A stretch of DNA of 64,000 nucleotides from assembly GCA_025061115.1 (NCBI GenBank), contig JANZKC010000002.1, positions 352,001-416,000 on the forward strand, given 5' to 3'. This stretch comes from Candidatus Culexmicrobium cathedralense. Its GTDB lineage: Archaea; Thermoproteota; Methanomethylicia; Culexarchaeales; Culexmicrobiaceae. Below are positions 61,410 through 64,000 of the stretch, one piece after another (position 1 is the stretch's first letter; the number at the start of each line of letters is the position of its first letter). Made by a program: the position numbers and the translations under genes. The notes beneath the pieces are model-generated. The model saw only the letters and a list, made by a program, of their open reading frames with translations. It was not told the DNA's origin and made no database searches.

Positions 61410-61924
61410 TAGCTCTCAGCCGCCGCAACGAGCGGCTTCTCCTTAAATGGACTTCCAGGAGAGTAATCTATTAGCGCCTCCTCATCCCTCTTGACAACGT
61501 ATCCTGGAGACGTAACTCGCCTACCAGCAATAGCTATGTGGCCATGAACAATCAGCTGCCTAGCTTCATAAATGGTTCGAGCCAAGCCCTTTCGGTAAAC
61601 AACTGTTTGTAGCCTCCGCTCAAGCAAGTCCTCAACCCTCAAGCCCAAAACGTCGTCCAAGGTAGCTTCCTCATGCAGCAGCCCCATCTTAATCAGCCTG
61701 CTTATCAGCTGCCTCTGCCTGAGAGCCAACTCTTCAGGCGGAAGAGCAAGCATCAACCTAGCCTGCTGCCTAATCTTTGCAATCATGGTCTTCGCAACCC
61801 ACAATTCACGCTTATTCCTAAGGCCATACTCGCCCATCAGCTTAAGCTCTTCCTCTAAAACCTCCTTCCTCCAAGGATGCCTAGGCCCCTTCCACTTCTT
61901 CCTACATCGCTTTGGATCTCCCAT
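61409..61924 (-). CDS. rps4: 30S ribosomal protein S4
   Basis: MGDPK...[33 protein letters not shown]. Confidence 0.97.
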   Translation of the reverse strand: MGDPKRCRKKWKGPRHPWRKEVLEEELKLMGEYGLRNKRELWVAKTMIAKIRQQARLMLALPPEELALRQRQLISRLIKMGLLHEEATLDDVLGLRVEDLLERRLQTVVYRKGLARTIYEARQLIVHGHIAIAGRRVTSPGYVVKRDEEALIDYSPGSPFKEKPLVAAAES

Positions 61925-61928
61925 AAGC

Positions 61929-62381
61929 CTACCTCCTCGGCTTGCGCGTAACACCTACAGTCTGCCCACTTCTACCAGTAGTTCTAGTCTTTTGACCCCT
62001 AACCTTCAATCCCAAAGCGTGCCTAACTCCCTTCCAGCACTTAATCTTCTTCATCAAATCGATGTCAGCCTTAACCCTCAAAACCAGGTCGGACCCTATC
62101 AAGTGAACGTCCTTGCCAGTCTCCAAATCCTTCCTCCTATTATACATCCAAGCAGGAATACCCTGAGACCTTACATCCTTAATTGCATTTTCAATCCTCT
62201 TAATCTCAGCTTCAGATAGAAAGCCGATTCGCACGTCAGGATTAACTCCGACAACCCGAACAATGGCTTGAGCCAAATTTATACCTATACCCTTAATCTG
62301 AGATATAGCGTAAACTACCTTTTTGGAACCATCAACGTCCTGCCCAGCTATACGGACAATGTGCCTAAACGCCAAGGCCAA
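61929..62381 (-). CDS. rps13: 30S ribosomal protein S13
   Basis: [39 protein letters not shown]. Confidence 0.97.
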   Translation of the reverse strand: MALAFRHIVRIAGQDVDGSKKVVYAISQIKGIGINLAQAIVRVVGVNPDVRIGFLSEAEIKRIENAIKDVRSQGIPAWMYNRRKDLETGKDVHLIGSDLVLRVKADIDLMKKIKCWKGVRHALGLKVRGQKTRTTGRSGQTVGVTRKPRR

Positions 62382-62416
62382 ATCACCTATCAGCGCTAGT
62401 AGGAAAAACGTGAAGC

Positions 62417-62434
62417 TCTATTTAAGTTTTGTTT
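62417..62434 (-). promoter_or_regulatory. putative BRE/TATA promoter of the rps13 operon
   Basis: minus-strand ACAAAACTTAAATAG about 40 nt upstream of the TTG start; AGGTGA SD. Confidence 0.55.
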
Positions 62435-62451
62435 AATGAATTGAGTTAAAA

Positions 62452-62512
62452 GGAGCGCTGCTCGATGCAGGCTTCATCATCAACGTCAGCAAGCCCGCCT
62501 GAGCAGCGCCCC
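62452..62512 (-). ncRNA. unclassified hairpin RNA capped by an L7Ae-type k-loop
   Basis: GGGGCGCUGCUC-AG-GCGGGCUU-G-[CUGA]-CGUUG-[AUGAUG]-AAGCCUGC-AUC-GAGCAGCGCUCC: 12-bp and 8-bp stems whose G-U pairs form only on the minus strand; TATA-like AAATTTAATT about 25 nt upstream and UUUU directly downstream. Confidence 0.65.
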
Positions 62513-62604
62513 ACACCTATATTGGAGGAAGTCAATTAAATTTGTAATGCAGAAGCATAAAACGAATACCGAAAACCTCCAGCACCCAGCAAGAGCTAGT
62601 TAAG

Positions 62605-63833
62605 TCATTCCTGCCTAAGAGCCGCCGCTGGATCCAGCTTAGCAGCCTTTCTCGCCGGATAGATCCCCGGCTAAAACTCCCGACAATAACGCTACCATGA
62701 AAGCGGTCAGCATCAATTCAGCCGAAAATACAGGGAGTATTTCCAAGCGCCCCCTAGCAATTGGAGCCCTAATGAGCTTGAAGAAGTATGGGCCGATAAC
62801 GTAGGATAATGCAACTCCAGATATAAGTCCAATCAATCCGCCGATCAATCCAATCAAGGTAGATTCCATCATGAATAGAAGCATTATAGTATTTTCAGTT
62901 GCACCTAAAGCTTTCAATAATCCAATCAACCTTGTTCTCTCAATAACCGAAATATACATTATATATATTTGCAATTCCAATGCCAGCCACAACCAAAGAA
63001 ACAGTTGCAATCAACCCTAAAAACGAAGATATTTGACTGGATATATTGGTCATCGTCTCTATCATCTGGCTCGGAGCAATAACCCTCACCCTCTGGCCGT
63101 ACAAGTCAGTTACATGCTCAATTACCTGATCCACCAGCGAAACATCTTCAGCAACCAGTATCAAAGCATCATAATAATGCCTTTTATTAAACATGGAATC
63201 TGCGGCTTCAAGGGAAATCACAACCGAATCATCAATTGAGAAGGGCATAATTGCCCCGTAACTCTCCAGTATGCCCATGACGACCATCGAGGCAACGTAC
63301 GGCTTAGCCCTAAGCCTCCTAAACGTTACACTAACTGTTTGACCAACCATTAAAGGCTGAACTTCATCTTCGCCCTCCTCTTCAATTGGATTAGCAACGT
63401 TAACCCCTAGCAGAAGGCTAACATAATCATACTTTCCGGGTAAAGTCCCATCAGCCAACTTCAGCCCGGGAAAAACCTCCTGCAACGAGTCCGAATCAAT
63501 CCCCACAACCTGTACACTCATAAACTTGTCAGAAACACTTATCACTGCAGATCCAATTATAAGTGGAATAACCTTTCTCACACCAGATATCGACGAAAAT
63601 GAAGGCAAATCATATGCGGATACTCTATAGCCTCTAACTGGAATTACGAATATCAAATTTAATCCGGTTTTAGATACTTGATTTACGAAGTACTGATTTA
63701 AGCCTGCAGCCTGTGAAGTCAAAATTATCATTAATGAAGCACCAATAACCACGCCAAGCATGGTTAAAGCTGCCCTAAGCTTCCTGAACTTCAATGCTGA
63801 AAATGCAAGCAATACAACGTCCTTGAACCTCAT
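62605..63833 (-). pseudogene. MacB/FtsX-family ABC transporter permease with two frameshifts
   Basis: N-terminal LRAALTMLGVVIG. Removing 4 nt of the TA repeat at about 62960-62968 gives GIANIMYISVIERTRLIGLLKALGA; removing 1 nt of the C4 run at 62665-62668 gives GIYPARKAAKLDPAAALRQE* ending at 62605. Confidence 0.8.
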
Positions 63834-64000
63834 CTATTTACCCCTAACTCAAACTCAGCTTTCCCAAACTTTCTCCTAGCATAGAAGTAAGCTGCCGCAA
63901 CGCCCACTAAGAAGGAAATAATCGAAGCAAGTATAACGTCCATTCCAATAAATCCAGCTCGCCCTTGAACCTCATGCTCAACAGATCGTTTAGGAATAAC
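63830..64000 (-). CDS. 3' end of a membrane-anchored protein (probably COG1361/S-layer-like partner of the permease); partial
   Basis: Open frame from the window edge: VIPKRSVEHEVQGRAGFIGMDVILASIISFLVGVAAAYFYARRKFGKAEFELGVNR*; TGA overlaps the permease ATG. Confidence 0.6.
   Translation of the reverse strand, partial: VIPKRSVEHEVQGRAGFIGMDVILASIISFLVGVAAAYFYARRKFGKAEFELGVNR

Noticed and set aside
62452-62515. Reading the hairpin as a plus-strand H/ACA RNA (it is followed by ACA on that strand), a SECIS element or a tRNA
   Set aside because: The k-loop motifs and G-U pairs work only on the minus strand; motif order is not SECIS-like and no in-frame UGA selenoprotein was seen; no cloverleaf or TTCG arm.
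1-64000. CRISPR arrays, IS elements, prophage genes, inteins, rRNA or tRNA genes
   Set aside because: No regularly spaced repeats, transposase or integrase motifs, oversized conserved proteins or RNA-gene signatures were seen by eye.

Overview
Archaeal chromosomal window, Thermoproteota/TACK-like. The lineage is inferred from the short crenarchaeal-type XPF, separate Kae1 and Bud32, no rpoK after rpoN, strong GGAGG/GGTGA Shine-Dalgarno sites and frequent TTG/GTG starts. Most of it is housekeeping genes on the minus strand: the S13-S4-S11-rpoD-L18e-L13-S9-rpoN-eno-S2 cluster running into MEMO1, mevalonate/isoprenoid genes and GluRS; the L7Ae-S28e-L24e-ndk-aIF5B-S6e-aIF2g-PIN-rpoE-spt4-dpck-S24e-KEOPS-S15-RecJ-S3ae cluster; and the exosome/proteasome/RNase P superoperon, split by an ~8.7 kb peptide ABC transporter block. 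The left end holds ECF and 2-oxoacid:ferredoxin oxidoreductase genes, XPF, PHI, dCMP and adenine deaminases and a decayed membrane-protein gene. I saw no tRNA, rRNA, CRISPR array, transposase, integrase or intein. Features missing from the ORF track: (i) a 61-nt GC-rich hairpin RNA capped by an L7Ae-type k-loop, apparently with its own promoter, upstream of rps13 and fitting neither the C/D nor the canonical H/ACA architecture; (ii) a box C/D sRNA overlapping the 3' end of rnp2, its D' box containing the stop codon; (iii) a 58-aa four-cysteine ORF divergent from an orphan PD-(D/E)xK-like nuclease that is followed by dCMP deaminase. Also notable: an unknown gene between rps11 and rpoD, rps27ae missing from its usual slot, and a circularly permuted solute-binding protein. 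None of these can be shown to be a new system from sequence alone.
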